From: Eledone cirrhosa
Lineage: Eukaryota
DNA length: 64,000 bases
Direction: 5' to 3'
Assembly: GCA_964016885.1 (NCBI GenBank)
Contig: OZ024741.1
Span: forward strand, 212,536,001-212,600,000
Position numbers and translations under genes: made by a program. The notes beneath the pieces were generated by a model. The model saw only the letters and a program-made list of their open reading frames with translations. It was not told where the DNA came from and made no database searches. Positions 1-12,300 of this stretch are shown piece after piece (position 1 is the first letter of the stretch; every line of letters begins with the position of its first letter).

Positions 1-228
1 CTGCTGGTGTTACTGCTGCTGTTGTTGTTGGTGTTACTGCTGTGTTGTTGGTGGTGGTGTTACTGCTGCTGTTGTTGTTGGTGTTACTGCTGTGTTGTTG
101 GTGGTGGTGTTACTGCTGCTGTTGTTGGTGGTGTTACTGCTGTTGTTGTTGGTGTTACTGCTGCTGTTGTTGTTGGTGTCACTGCTGTGATGTTGCTGCT
201 GGTGTTACTGCTGCTGTTGTTGTTGGTG

Positions 229-1716
229 TTACTGCTGTGTTGTTGGTGGTGGTGTTACTGCTGCTGTTGTTGGTGGTGTTACTGCTGTTGTTGTTGGTGT
301 TACTGCTGTTGTTGCTGTTGAGGTTACATCTGTTGTTGTTGTTGGTGTTACTATTGTTGTTGTTGTTGGTGGTGTTACTGTTGTTGTTGTTGTTGTTACT
401 GCTGTTGTGGTTGGTGGTGTTACTGTTGTTGTTGTTGTTGGTGTTACTGCTGTTGTTGTTGTTGGTGTTACTACTGTTGTTGTTGTTGGTGTCACTGCTG
501 TTGTTGTTGTTGTTGTTACTGCTGGGGCTGTTATCGTTGGTGGTGTTACTGCTGCTGCTGTAGTTGGTGATACTGCTGTTGTTGTTGTTGGTGTTACTGC
601 TGGTGCTGTTGTCGTTGGTGGTGTCACTGCTATTGTTGTTGCTGCTGGTGTTACTGCTGGTGTAGTTGTTGGTGTTACTGTTGCTGTTGTTGTTGGTGTT
701 ACTGCTGTTGTTGTTGTTGGTGTTACTGCTGTTGTTGTTGTTGGTGTTACTGCTGTTGTTGTTGTTGGTGTTACTGCTGTTGTTGTTGTTGGTGTTACTG
801 CTGTTGTTGTTGTTGGTGTTACTGCTGTTGTTGTTGTTGGTGTTACTGCTGTTGTTGTTGTTGGTGTTACTGCTGCTGTTGTTGTTGGTGTTACTGCTGC
901 TGTTGTTGGTGTTACTGCTGTTGTTGGTGGTGTTACTGCTGGTGTAGTTGTTGGTGTTACTGTTGCTGTTGTTGTTGGTGTTACTGCTGTTGTTGTTGTT
1001 GGTGTTACTGCTGTTGTTGTTGTTGGTGTTACTGCTGTTGTTGTTGTTGGTGTTACTGCTGCTGTTGTTGTTGGTGTTACTGCTGCTGCTGTTGTTGTTG
1101 CTGTTAGTGTTGTTGTTGTTGTTGTTGGTGTCACTGCTGTCGTTGTTCTTGTTGGTGTTACTGCTGCTGTTGTTGTTGGTGTTACTGCTGCTGCTGTTGT
1201 TGTTGCTGTTACTGTTGTTGTTGTTGTTGTTGGTGGTGTTACTACTGTTGTTGTTGGTGGTGTTACTGCTGTTGTTGTTGGTGGTGTCACTGGTATTGTT
1301 GTTGTTGTTGGTGTTACTACTGTTGTTGTTGGTGGTGTCACTGCTGTTGTTGTTGTTGTTGGTGTTACTGTTGTTGTTGTTGTTGGTGTTACTACTGTTG
1401 TTGTTATTGGTGTCACTGCTGTTGATGTTGTTGTTGGTGTTACTGCTGTTGTTGTTGGTGGTGTTACTGCTGTTGTTGTTGGTGTTACAGCTGTTGTTGT
1501 TGTTGGTGTTACTGCTGTTATTTTTGTTGTTGGTGTTACTGCTGTTGTTGTTGTTGTTGTTGTTGTTGTAACTGCTGCTCTTGTTGATGGTGTTACTACT
1601 GTTGTGTTGTTGGTGTTACTGCTGTTGCTATTGCTGCTGACGCTGCAGTTGCTTCTTCTCCTACTAATATTGTTGTTGCTGCTGCAGCAGTTGTCATGAA
1701 GTTGTTGTTGCGTTAG
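229..1716 (-). CDS. Second stop-free minus-strand frame (short Ser/Asn lead-in, then AVTPTTTT repeats, ending TQQ*); possible continuation of 1721-4876 if a 43-nt intron is removed
   Basis: Track ORF 229..1416. Manual reading shows the frame stays open up to 1716 (TAA at 1719-1717). Confidence 0.15.
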   Translation of the reverse strand, partial: LTQQQLHDNCCSSNNNISRRRSNCSVSSNSNSSNTNNTTVVTPSTRAAVTTTTTTTTTAVTPTTKITAVTPTTTTAVTPTTTAVTPPTTTAVTPTTTSTAVTPITTTVVTPTTTTTVTPTTTTTAVTPPTTTVVTPTTTTIPVTPPTTTAVTPPTTTVVTPPTTTTTTVTATTTAAAVTPTTTAAVTPTRTTTAVTPTTTTTTLTATTTAAAVTPTTTAAVTPTTTTAVTPTTTTAVTPTTTTAVTPTTTATVTPTTTPAVTPPTTAVTPTTAAVTPTTTAAVTPTTTTAVTPTTTTAVTPTTTTAVTPTTTTAVTPTTTTAVTPTTTTAVTPTTTTAVTPTTTATVTPTTTPAVTPAATTIAVTPPTTTAPAVTPTTTTAVSPTTAAAVTPPTITAPAVTTTTTTAVTPTTTTVVTPTTTTAVTPTTTTTVTPPTTTAVTTTTTTVTPPTTTTIVTPTTTTDVTSTATTAVTPTTTAVTPPTTAAVTPPPTTQQ

Positions 1717-1730
1717 TTAATTACGTTGCT
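1625..1730. other. Only non-repeat (higher-complexity) island in the window
   Basis: The sequence ...gctgacgctgcagttgcttcttctcctactaatattgttgttgctgctgcagcagttgtcatgaagttgttgttgcgttagttaattacg... was seen nowhere else in the window. On the minus strand it holds a 33-aa ORF, 1697..1596 (MTTAAAATTILVGEEATAASAAIATAVTPTTQQ*). Confidence 0.85.
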
Positions 1731-2092
1731 GTTGTTGTTGCTGTTGCTGTTGTTGCTGCTGGTGTTACTGCTGGTGTTGTTGGTGGTGTCACTGCTGTTG
1801 TTGTTGATGGTGGTGTTACCGTTGTTGTTGTTGTTGTTGTTACTGCTGTTGTTGTTGGTGGTGTTACTGCTGTTGTTGTTGCTGCTGGTGTTACTGCTGT
1901 TGTAGTTGTTAGTGTTACTGTTGCTGTTGTTGTTGGTGTTACTGCTGCTGTTGTTGTTGGTGTTACTGCTGGCGTTGTTGGTGGTGTTACAGTTGTTGTT
2001 GTTGCTGGCGTTACTGCTGTTGTTGTTGTTGCTGGTGTTACTGCTGTTGTTGTTGTTGGTGTTACTGCTGTTGTTGTTGGTGGTGGTGTTAC

Positions 2093-2123
<31 letters not shown>

Positions 2124-4876
2124 ACTGCTGTTGTTGTTGGTGGTGTTACTGCTGTTGTTGTTGATGGTGGTGTAACTGTTGTTATTATTGTTGTTACTGC
2201 TGTTGTTGTTGTTGCTGTTACTGCTGTTGTTGTTGTTGGTGTTACTGCTGTGGTTGTTGTTGCTGTTACTGCTGCTGTTGTTGGTGGTGGTGTTACTGTT
2301 GTTGTTGGTGTTACTGCTGTTGTTGTTGTTGGTGTTACTGCTGTTGTTGTTGTTGCTATTAGTGCTGTTGTTGTTGTTGTTGGTGTTACTGCTGTTGTTG
2401 TTGTTGGTGTTACTGCTGTTGTTGTTGGTGGTGTTAATGCTGTTGTTGTTGTTGGTGTTACTGCTGTTGTTGTTGGTGGTGTTACTGCTGTTGTTGTTGG
2501 TGGTGTTACTGCTGTTGTTGTTGTTGGTGTTACTGCTGTTGTTGTTGGTGGTGTTACTGCTGTTGTTGTTGGTGGTGTTACTGCTGTTGTTGTTGTTGGT
2601 GTTACTGCTGTTGTTGTTGGTGGTGTTACTGCTGTTGTTGTTGGTGGTGTTACTGCTGCTGTAGTTGGTGGTGTTACTGCTGTTGTTGTTGGTGGTGTTA
2701 CTGCTGCTGTAGTTGGTGGTGTTACTGCTGTTGTTGTTGTTGGTGTTACTGCTGTTGTTGTTGGTGGTGTTACTGCTGTTGTTGTTGGTGGTGTTACTGC
2801 TGTTGTTGTTGGTGGCGTTATTGCTGTTGTTGTTGGTGGTGTTACTGCTGTTGTTGTTGGTGGCGTTATTGCTGTTGTTGTTGGTGGTGTTACTGCTGTT
2901 GTTGTTGGTGGTGTTACTGCTGCTGTAGTTGGTGGTGTTACTGCTGTTGTTGTTGGTGGTGTTACTGCTGTTGTTGTTGTTGGTGGTGTTACTGCTGCTG
3001 TTGTTGTTGTTGGTGTTACTGCTGTTGTTGTTGGTGTTACTGTTGTTGTTGTTTTTGGTGTTACTGCTGTTGTTGTTGTTGCTGTTACTGTTGTTGTTGT
3101 TGTTGGTGTCACTGCTGTCGTTGTTTTTGGTGGTGTTACTGCTGCTGTTGTTGTTGGTGGTGTTACAGCTGCCGTTGTTGTTGTTGTTACTGCTGGGGCT
3201 GTTGTTGTTGTTGTTGGTGTTACTGCTGTTGTTGTTGCTGTTGTTGGTGTTACTGCTGTTGTTGCTGTCGATGTTACGGTTGTTGTTGTTGGTGGTGTTA
3301 CTGTTGTTGTTGTTGTTGTTACTGCTGTTGTGGTTGGTGGTGTTACTGCTGTTGTTGTTGTTGTTGGTGTCACTGCTGTTGTTGTTGTTGTTACTGCTGG
3401 GGCTGTTGTCGTTGGTGGCGTTACTGTTGCTGTTGTTGGTGGTGTTACTGCTGTTGTTGTTGGTGGTGTTACTGCTGTTGTTGTTGTTGGTGGTGTTACT
3501 GCTGTTGTTGCTGTCGGTGTTACTGCTGTTGTTGTTGGTGGTGTTACTGCTGTTGTTGTTGTTGGTGGTGTTACTATTATTGTTGTTGTTGGTGTTACTG
3601 CTTCTGTTGTTGTTGGTGTTACTGCTGTTGTTGTTGGTGTTGCTATTGTTGTTGTTGTTGTTGTTGTTACTGCTGTTTTTGTTGGTGTTACTGCTGGTGC
3701 TGTTGTCGTTTGTGGTGTCACTGCTGTTGTTGTTGCTGCTGCTGTTACTGCTGCTGTTGTTGTTGGTGTTACTGCTGCTGTTGTTGTTGGTGTTACTGCT
3801 GTTGTTGTTGTTGGTGTCACTGCTGTTGTTGATGTTGTTGTTGTTACTGCTGATGTTGTTGGTGGGGTTACAGCTGCTGTTGTTGGTGGTGTTACTGCTG
3901 TTGTTGTTGATGGTGTTACTGCTGTTGTTGTTGGTGGTGTTACTGCTGTTGTTGTTGCTGCAGATGTTATTGCTGTTGTAGTTGTTGTTGGTGTTACTGC
4001 TGTTGTTGTTGTTCGTGTTACTGCTGTTGTAGTTGTTGGTGTTACTGTTGTTGTTGTTGTTGTTACTGCTGTTGTTGTTGGTGGTGTTACTGTTGTTGTT
4101 GTTGGTGTTACTGCTGTTGTTGTTGTTGTTGGTGTTACTGCTGCTGTTGTTGTTGGTGTTACTGCTGTTGTTGTTGTTGGTTTTACTGCTGTTGTTGTTG
4201 TTGTTGGTGTTACTGCTGTTGTTGTTGTTGGTGTAACTGCTGCTGTTGTTATTGGTGTTACTGCTCCTGTTGTTGTTGGTGTTACTGCTGTTGTTGTTGT
4301 TGGTGTCACTGCTGTTGTTGTTGTTGTTGTTACAGCTGTTGTTGTTGTTGTTGTTACTGCTGTTGTTGTTGTCGTTGGTGGTGGTGTTGCTGGTGGTGTT
4401 ACTGCTGTTGTTGGTGGTGTTACTGCTAGTGCTGTTGGTGGTGTTACTGCTGTTGTTGTTGATGGTGTTACTGCTGATGTTGTTGGTGGTGTTACAGTTG
4501 TTGTTGTTGCTGGCGTTACTGCTGTTGTTGTTATCTGTGTTACTGCTGTTGTTGTTGGTGGTGGTGTTACTGCTGTTGTTGTTGGTGGTGGTGTTACTGC
4601 TGTTGTGGTTGTTGGTGGTGGTGTTACTGCTGTTGTTGTTGTTGGTGTTACTGCTCTTGTTGTTGTTGGTGTTGGTACTGCTGCTGTTGTTGTTGTTCGT
4701 GTTACTGCTGTTGTTGTTGGTGTTACTGCTGTTGTTGTTGTTGGTGTTACTGCTGTTGTTGTTATTGGTGTTACTGCTGTTGTTGTTGTTGTTGTTGGTG
4801 TTACTGCTGATGTTGTTGGTGGTGTTACTACTGTTGTTGTTGCTGGTGTCACTGCTGTTGTTGTTGTTGGTGTTAC
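1721..4876 (-). CDS. Stop-free Thr/Pro/Ala/Val-rich frame (AVTPTTTT / AVTPPTTT repeats, about 1,050 codons), mucin PTS-domain-like; coding status unproven
   Basis: Track ORF 1721..4852 (GTG start). The frame is bounded upstream by TAA at 4877-4879 and ends ...ATATTTAT* next to the unique island. Composition resembles O-glycosylated mucin tandem repeats (established knowledge), but there is no ATG, signal peptide or globular domain, and the repeat is stop-free in this frame by construction. Confidence 0.25.
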
Positions 4877-6375
4877 TTATGTTGTTGTCGTTGGTGTTAT
4901 TGCTGTTGTTGTTGTTGTTGTTACTGCTGTTATTGTTGTTGGTGTCACTGCAGTTGTAGTTGGTGTTAATGCTGATGTTGTTCGTGGTGTTACTACTGTT
5001 GTTGTTGGCGGTGTCACTGCTGTTGTTGTTGGTGGTGTCACTGCTGTTTTTGTTGTTGGTGGTGTTACTGTTGTTGTTGTTGTTGGTGTTACTACTGTTG
5101 TTTTTGGTGGTTTTACTGCTGTTGTTGTTGTTGGTGTTACTGCTGTTGTTGTTGGTGGTGTTACTGCTGTTGTTGTTGGTGGTTTTACTGCTGTTGTTGT
5201 TGTTGGTGTTACTGCTGTTGTTGTTGGTGGTATTATTGCTGTTGTTGTTGTTGGTGTTACTGCTGTTGTTGTTGTTGGTGTTACTGCTGTTGTTGTTGTT
5301 GGTGTTACTGCTGTGTTGCTGCTGGTGTTGCTGTTGTTGTTGTTGGTGGTGTTACTGCTGTTGTTCTTGGTGGTGTTACTGCTGTTGTTGTTGGTGTTGT
5401 TGCTGCTGTTGTTGTTGGTGGTGTTACTGCTGTTGTTGTTGTTGGTGTTACTGCTGTTGTTGTTGTTGGTGTTACTGCTGTTGTTGTTGGTGGTGTTACT
5501 GTTGTTGTTGTTGGTGGTGTTACTGCTGTTGTTGTTGTTGGTGTTACTGCTGTTGTTGTTGGTGGTGTTACTGCTGTTGTTGTTGTTGGTGTTACAGCTG
5601 TTGTTGTTGTTGGTGTTACTGCTGTTGTTGTTGGTGGTGTTACTGTTGCTGTTGTTGTTGTTGTTGCTGTTACTGTTGTTGTTGTTGTTGGTATCACTGC
5701 TGTCGTTGTTTTTGGTGGTGTTACTGCTGCTGTTGTTGTTGGTGGTGTTACAGCTGCCGTTGTTGTTGTTGTTACTGCTGGGGCTGTTGTTGTTGTTGTT
5801 GTTGGTGTTGCTGCTGTTGTTGTTGCTGTTGTTGGTGTTACTGCTGTTGTTGCTGTCGATGTTACGGTTGTTGTTGTTGGTGGTGTTACTGCTGTTGTAG
5901 TTGTTGGTGTTACTGTTGTTGTTGTTGTTGTTGTTACTGCTGGGGCTGTTGTCGTTGGTGGTGTTACTGTTGGTGTTGTTGGTGGTGTTACTGCTGTTGT
6001 TGTTGGTGGTGTTACTGCTGTTGTTGTTGTTGTTGGTGGTGTTACTGCTGTTGTTGCTGTCGGTGTTACTGCTGTTGTTGTTGGTGGTGTTACTGTTGTT
6101 GTTGTTGTTGGTGGTGTTACTATTGTTGTTGTTGTTGGTGTTACTGCTGCTGTTGTTGTTGGTGTTACTGCTGTTGTTGTTGGTGTTGCTATTGTTGTTG
6201 TTGTTGTTGTTGTTACTGCTGTTTTTGTTGGTGTTACTGCTGGTGCTGTTGTCGTTTGTGGTGTCACTTCTGTTGTTGTTGCTGCTGGTGTTACTGCTGC
6301 TGTTGTTGTTGGTGTTACTGCTGCTGTTGATGTTGATGTTACTGCTGTTGTTGTTGTTGGTGTCACTGCTGTTGT
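3060..6375. repeat. Older dispersed duplication of about 0.7-0.8 kb (about 3060-3830 vs 5650-6375)
   Basis: Rare variants appear in the same order: tcactgctgtcgttgtttttggt (3109/5693), acagctgcc (3165/5750), gtcgatgttacggtt (3267/5855), gtcgtttgtggtgtcac (3705/6251). Several indels and substitutions separate the copies. Confidence 0.8.
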
Positions 6376-9319
6376 TGTTGTTGTTATTGTTACTGCTGCT
6401 GTTGTTGTTGGTGTTACTGCTGCTGTTGATGTTGGTGTTACTGCTGTTGTTGTTAGTGGTGTTACAGCTGTTGTTGTTGGTGGTGTTACTGTTGTTGTTG
6501 TTGTTGGTGTTACTGCTGTTGTTGTTGGTGGTGTTACTGCTGTTGTTGGTGGTGGTTTTACTGCTGTGTTGTTGTTGGTATTACTGCTGCTGTTGTTGGT
6601 GGTGTTACTGCTGTTGTTGTTGGTGGTGTTACTGCTGTTGTTGTTGGTGTTGTTACAGCTGTTGTTGTTGGTGGTGTTACTGATCTTGTTGTTGTTGGTG
6701 TTACTGTTGTTGTTGTTGGTGGTGTTACTGTTGTTGTTGTTGGTGGTATTACTGCTGTTGTTGTTGGTGGTGTTACTGTTGTTGTTATTGTTGTTGTTGG
6801 TGTTACTGCTGTTGTTGGTGGTGGTGTTACTGCTGTTGTTGGTGGTGTTACTGCTCTTGTTGTTGGTGGTGTTACTGTTGTTGTCGTTGGTGGTATTACT
6901 GCTGTTGTTGTTGTTGGTGTTACTGCTGGGGCTGTTGTCGTTGGTGGTGTTACTGCTGCTGTGTTGGTAGTGTTACTGCTGTTGTTGTTGGTGGTGTTAC
7001 TGCTGTTGTTGTTGGTGTCGTTACAGCTGTTGTTGTTGGTGGTGTTACTGCTCTTGTTGTTGTTGGTGTTACTGATGTTGTTGTTGGTGGTGTTACTGTT
7101 GTTGTTGTTGGTGGTATTACTGCTGTTGTTGTTGTTGGTGTTACTGTCGTTGTTGTTGGTGGTGTTACTGTTGTTGTTGTTGGTGGTATTACTGCTGTTG
7201 TTGTTGTTGGTGTTACTGTTGTTGTTGTTATTGCTGTTACTGCTGTTGTTGTTGGTGGTGTTACTGCTGTTGTTGTTGGTGATGTTACTGTTGTTGTTGT
7301 TGGTGGTATTACTGCTGTTGTTGTTGTTGGTGTTACTGCTGGGGCTGTTGTCGTTGGTGGTGTTACTGCTGCTGTTGTTGGTGGTGTTACTGCTGTTGTT
7401 GTTGGTGGTGTTACTGCTGTTGTTGTTGGTGTTACTGCTGTTGTTTTTGTTGGTGTTACTGCTGTTGTTTTTCTTGGTGTTACTGCTGTTATTGTTGTTG
7501 GTGTTACTGCTGTTGTTTTTGTTGGTGTTACTGCTGTTGTTGTTGTTGTTGGTGTTACTGCTGTTGTTGTTGTTGGTGTTACTGCTGTTGTTTTGGTGTT
7601 ACTGCTGTTGTTTTTGTTGTTGTTACTGCTGTTGTTTTTGTTGGTGTTACTGCTGTTGTTGTTGTTGGTGTTACTGCTGTTGTTTTTGTTGGTGTTACTG
7701 CTGTTGTTGTTGTTGGTATTACTGCTGTTGTTGTTGTTGGTGTTACTGCTGTTGTTGTTGTTGGTGTCACTGCTGTTGTTGTTGTTGTTGTTACTGCTGA
7801 TGTTGTTGGTGGTGTTACAGCTGCTGTTGTTGGTGGTGTTACTGCTGTTGTTGTTGATGGTGTTAATGCTATTGTTGTTGGTGGTGTTACTGCTGTTGTT
7901 GTTGTTCGTGTTACTGCTGTTGTAGTTGTTGGTGTTACTGTTGTTGTTGTTGTTGTTACTGCTGTTGTTGTTGTTGTTGTTACTACTGTTGTTGTTGTTG
8001 GTGTTACTGCTGTTGTTGTCGTTGGTGTTACTGCTGTTGTGGTTGTTGTTGGTGTTACTGCTGCTGTTGTTGGTGTTACTGCTGTTGTTGTTGTTGGTGT
8101 TACTGCTGTTGTGGTTGTTGTTGGTGTTACTGCTGCTGTTGTTGTTGGTGTTACTGCTGTTGTTGTTGTTGGTTTTACTGCTGTTGTTGTTGTTGTTGGT
8201 GTTACTGCTGTTGTTGTTGGTGGTGTTACTGGTGTTGTTGTTGGAGGTGTTACTGCTGTTGTTGTTGTTGGTGTTAGTGCTTGGGCTGTTGTCGTTGGTG
8301 GTGTTACTGCTGTTGTTGTAGGTGGTGTTACTGTTGTATTTGTTGATGTTGTTTTTGTTACTGCTGTTGTTGCTGTCGGTGTTACTGTTGTTGTTGTTGG
8401 TGGTGTTACTGCTGTTGTTGTTGGTGAAGTTACTTCTGTTGTTGCTGTTGGGGTTACAGCTGTTGTTGTTGTTGGTGTTACTATTGTTTTTGGTGTTGGT
8501 GTTACTGCTCTTGTTGGTGGTGGTGTTACTGCTCTTGTTGTTGGTGTTACTGTTGTTGTTGTTGTTGGTGTTACTGCTGATGATGTTGGTGGTGTTACTG
8601 CTGCTGTTGATGTTGGTGTTACTGCTGTTGTTGTTGGTGGTGTTACTGCTGTTGTTGTTGGTGGTGTTACTGTTGTTGTTGTTGTTGTTGTTACAGCTGA
8701 TGTTGTTGTTGGTGGTGTTACTGTTGTTGTTGTTGTTGGTGTTACTGCTGTTCTTGTTGTTGTTGGTGTTACTGCTGGTGTTGTTATTGGTGGTGTTACT
8801 GCTGATGTTGTTGTTGGTGGTGTTACTGCTGTTGTTGTTGTTGGTGTTACTGCTGTTGTTGTTGTTGGTGTTACTGCTGTTGTTTTTGTTGGTGTTACTG
8901 CTGTTGTTTTTGTTGGTGTTACTGCTGTTGTTGTTGTTGGTGTTACTGCTGTTATTTTTCTTGGTGTTACTGCTGTTGTTGTTGTTGGTGTTACTGCTGT
9001 TGTTGTTGTTGGTGTTACTTCTGTTGTTGTTGGTGGTGTTACTGCTGTTGTTGTTGGTGGTGTTACTGCTGTTCTGTTGTTGGTGATACTGCTGTTGTTT
9101 TTGTTGGTGTTACTGCTGTTGTTTTTGTTGGTGTTACTGCTGTTGTTGTTGTTGGTGTTACTGCTGTTGTTTTTGTTGGTGTTACTGCTGTTGATGTTGT
9201 TGGTGTTACTGCTGTTGTTTTTGTTGGTGTTACTGCTGTTGTTTTTGTTGGTGTTACTGCTGTTGTTGTTGGTGGTGTTACTGCTGTTGTTGTTGGTGGT
9301 GTTACTGCTGTTGTTGTTG

Positions 9320-12300
9320 TTGGTGTTACTGCTGTTGTTTTTGTTGGTGTTACTTCTGTTGTTTTTGTTGGTGTTACTGCTGTTGTTGTTGTTGGTGTTA
9401 CTGCTGTTGTTTTTGTTGGTGTTACTGCTGTGGTTGTTGGTGGTGTTACTGCTGTTGTTGGTGGTGGTGTTACTGCTGTTGTTGTTGTTGGTGTTGCTGC
9501 TGCTGTTGTTGTTGGGGTTACTTCTGTGTTGCTGCTGCTGTTACTGTTGTTGTTGTTGGTGGTGTTACTGCTGTTTTTGTTGGTGGTGTTACTGCTGTTG
9601 TTGTTGGTGTTGTTACTTCTGTTGTTGTTGTTGGTGGTGTTACTGCTGTTGTTGTTGTTGGTGTTACTGCTGCTATTGTTGGTGGTGTTACTGCTGTTGT
9701 TGTTGGTGGTGTTACTGCTGTTGTTGTTGGTGGTATTATTGTTGTTGTTGTTGTTGGTGTTACTGTTGTTGTTGTTGTTGGTCTTACTGCTGTTGTTGTT
9801 GTTGGTGTTACTGCTGTTGTTGTTGTTGGTGTTACTGCTGTTGTTGTTGTTGGTGTTACTTCTGTTGTTGTTGGTGGTGTTACTGCTGTTGTTTTTGTTG
9901 TTGTTACTGCTTTTGTATTTGTTGGTGTTACTGCTGTTGTTGTTGTTGGTGATACTGTTGTTGTTGTTGGTGGTTTTACTGCTGTTGTTGTTGTTGGTGT
10001 TACTGCTGTTGTTGTTGTTGGTGTTACTGCTGTTGTTGTTGTTGGTGTTACTGCTGTTGTTTTTGTTGGTGTTACTGCTGTTGTTTTTGTTGGTGTTACT
10101 GCTGTTGTTTTTGTTGGTGTTACTGCTGTTGTTGTTGGTGGTGTTACTGCTGTTGTGGTTGGTGGTGTTACTGCTGTTGTTTTTGTTGGTGTTACTGCTG
10201 TTGTTTTTGTTGGTGTTACTGCTGTTGTTGTTGGTGGTGTTACTGCTGTTGTTGTTGGTGGTGTTACTGCTGTTGTTTTTGTTGGTGTTACTGCTGTTGT
10301 TTTTGTTGGTGTTACTGCTGTTGTTGTTGTTGGTGTTAATGCTGTTGTTTTTGTTGAAGTTACTGCTGTTGTTGTTGTTGGTGTTACTGCTGTTGTTTTT
10401 GTTGGTGTTACTGCTGTTGTTGTTGTTGGTGTTACTGCTGTTGTTTTTGTTGGTGTTACTGCTGTGGTTGTTGGTGGTGTTACTGCTGTTGTTGGTGGTG
10501 GTGTTACTGCTGTTGTTGTTGTTGGTGTTGCTGCTGCTGTTGTTGTTGGTGTTACTGCTGTGTTGCTGCTGCTGTTACTGTTGTTGTTGTTGGTGGTGTT
10601 ACTGCTGTTGTTGTTGGTGGTGTTACTGCTGTTGTTGTTGGTGTTGTTACTGCTGTTGTTGTTGTTGGTGGTGTTACTGCTGTTGTTGTTGTTGGTGTTA
10701 CTGCTGCTATTGTTGGTGGTGTTACTGCTGTTGTTGTTGGTGGTGTTACTGCTGTTGTTGTTGGTGGTATTATTGTTGTTGTTGTTGTTGTTGATGTTAC
10801 TGTTGTTGTTGTTGTTGGTCTTACTGCTGTTGTTGTTAGTGGTGTTACTGCTGTTGTTGTTGGTGGTATTATTGTTGTTGTTGTTGTTGGTGTTACTGTT
10901 GTTGTTGTTGTTGGTCTTACTGCTGTTGTTGTTAGTGGTGTTACTGATGTTGTTGTTGGTGGTATTATTGTTGTTGTTGTTGTTGGTGTTACTGTTGTTG
11001 TTGTTGTTGGTGTTACTGCTGTTGTTGTTGGTGGTATTACTGCTGTTGTTATTGTTGGTGTTACTGCTGTTGTTGTTGGTGGTGTTACTGCTGTTGTTGT
11101 TGGTGGTGTTACTGCTGTTGTTGTTGGTGGTGTTACTGCTGTTGTTGTTGTTGGTGTTACTGCTGCTGTTGTTGGTGGTGCTACTGCTGTTGTTGTTGGT
11201 GGTGTTACTGCTGTTGTTGTCGGTGTTGTTACTGCTGATGTTGTTGGTGGTGTTACTGCTGTTGTTGTTGTTGGTGGTGGTGTTACTGCTGTTGTTGTTG
11301 TTGGTGTTACTGCTGTTGTTGTTGGTGGTGTTACTGTTGTTGTTGTGGGTGGTATTACTGCTGTTGTTGTTGTTGGTGTTACTGTTGTTGTTGTTGTTGG
11401 TGTTACTGCTGTTGTTGTTGGTGGTGTTACTGCTGTTGTTGGTGGTGTTACTGCTGTTGTTGTTGGTGGTGTTACTGTTGTTGTTGTTGGTGGTGTTACT
11501 GCTGTTGTTGTTGGTGGTGTTACTGTCGTTGTTGTTGGTGATGTTACTGCTGTTGTTGTTGTTGCTGTTGTTACTGCTGATGTTGTTGGTGGTGTTACTG
11601 CTGTTGTTGTTGTTGGTGGTGGTGTTACTGCTGTTGTTGTTGTTGGTGTTACTGCTGTTGTTGTTGGTGGTGTTACTGTTGTTGTTGTGGGTGGTATTAC
11701 TGCTGTTGTTGTTGTTGGTGTTACTGTTGTTGTTGTTGTTGGTGTTACTGCTGCTGTTGTTGGTGGTGTTACTGCTGTTGTTGTTGGTGGTGTTACTGCT
11801 GTTGTTGTTGGTGGTGTTACTGCTGTTGTTGTTGTTGGTGTTACTGCTGTTGTTGTTGGTGTCGTTACAACTGTCGTTGTTGGTGGTATTACTGCTGTTG
11901 TTGTTGTTGGTGTTACTGATGTTGTTGTTGTTGGTGTTACTGCTGTTGTTGTTGGTGGTGTTACTGTTGTTGTTGTTGGTGGTATTACTGCTGTTGTTGT
12001 TGTTGGTGTTACTGTTGTTGTTTTTGTTGGTGCTACTGCTGTTGTTGTTGGTGGTGTTACTGCTGTTGTTGTTGGTGGTGTTACTGCTGTTGTTGTTGGT
12101 GTTACTGCTGTGTTGCTGCTGCTGTCACTGTTGTTGTTGTTGGTGGTGTTATTGCTGTTGTTGTTGGTGGTGTTACTGCTGTTGTTGGTGGTGTTACTGC
12201 TGTTGTTGTTGGTGGTGTTACTGTTGTTGTTGTTGGTGGTATTACTGCTGTTGTTGTTGTTGGTGTTATTGCTGGGGCTGTTGTTGTTGGTGGTGTTACT

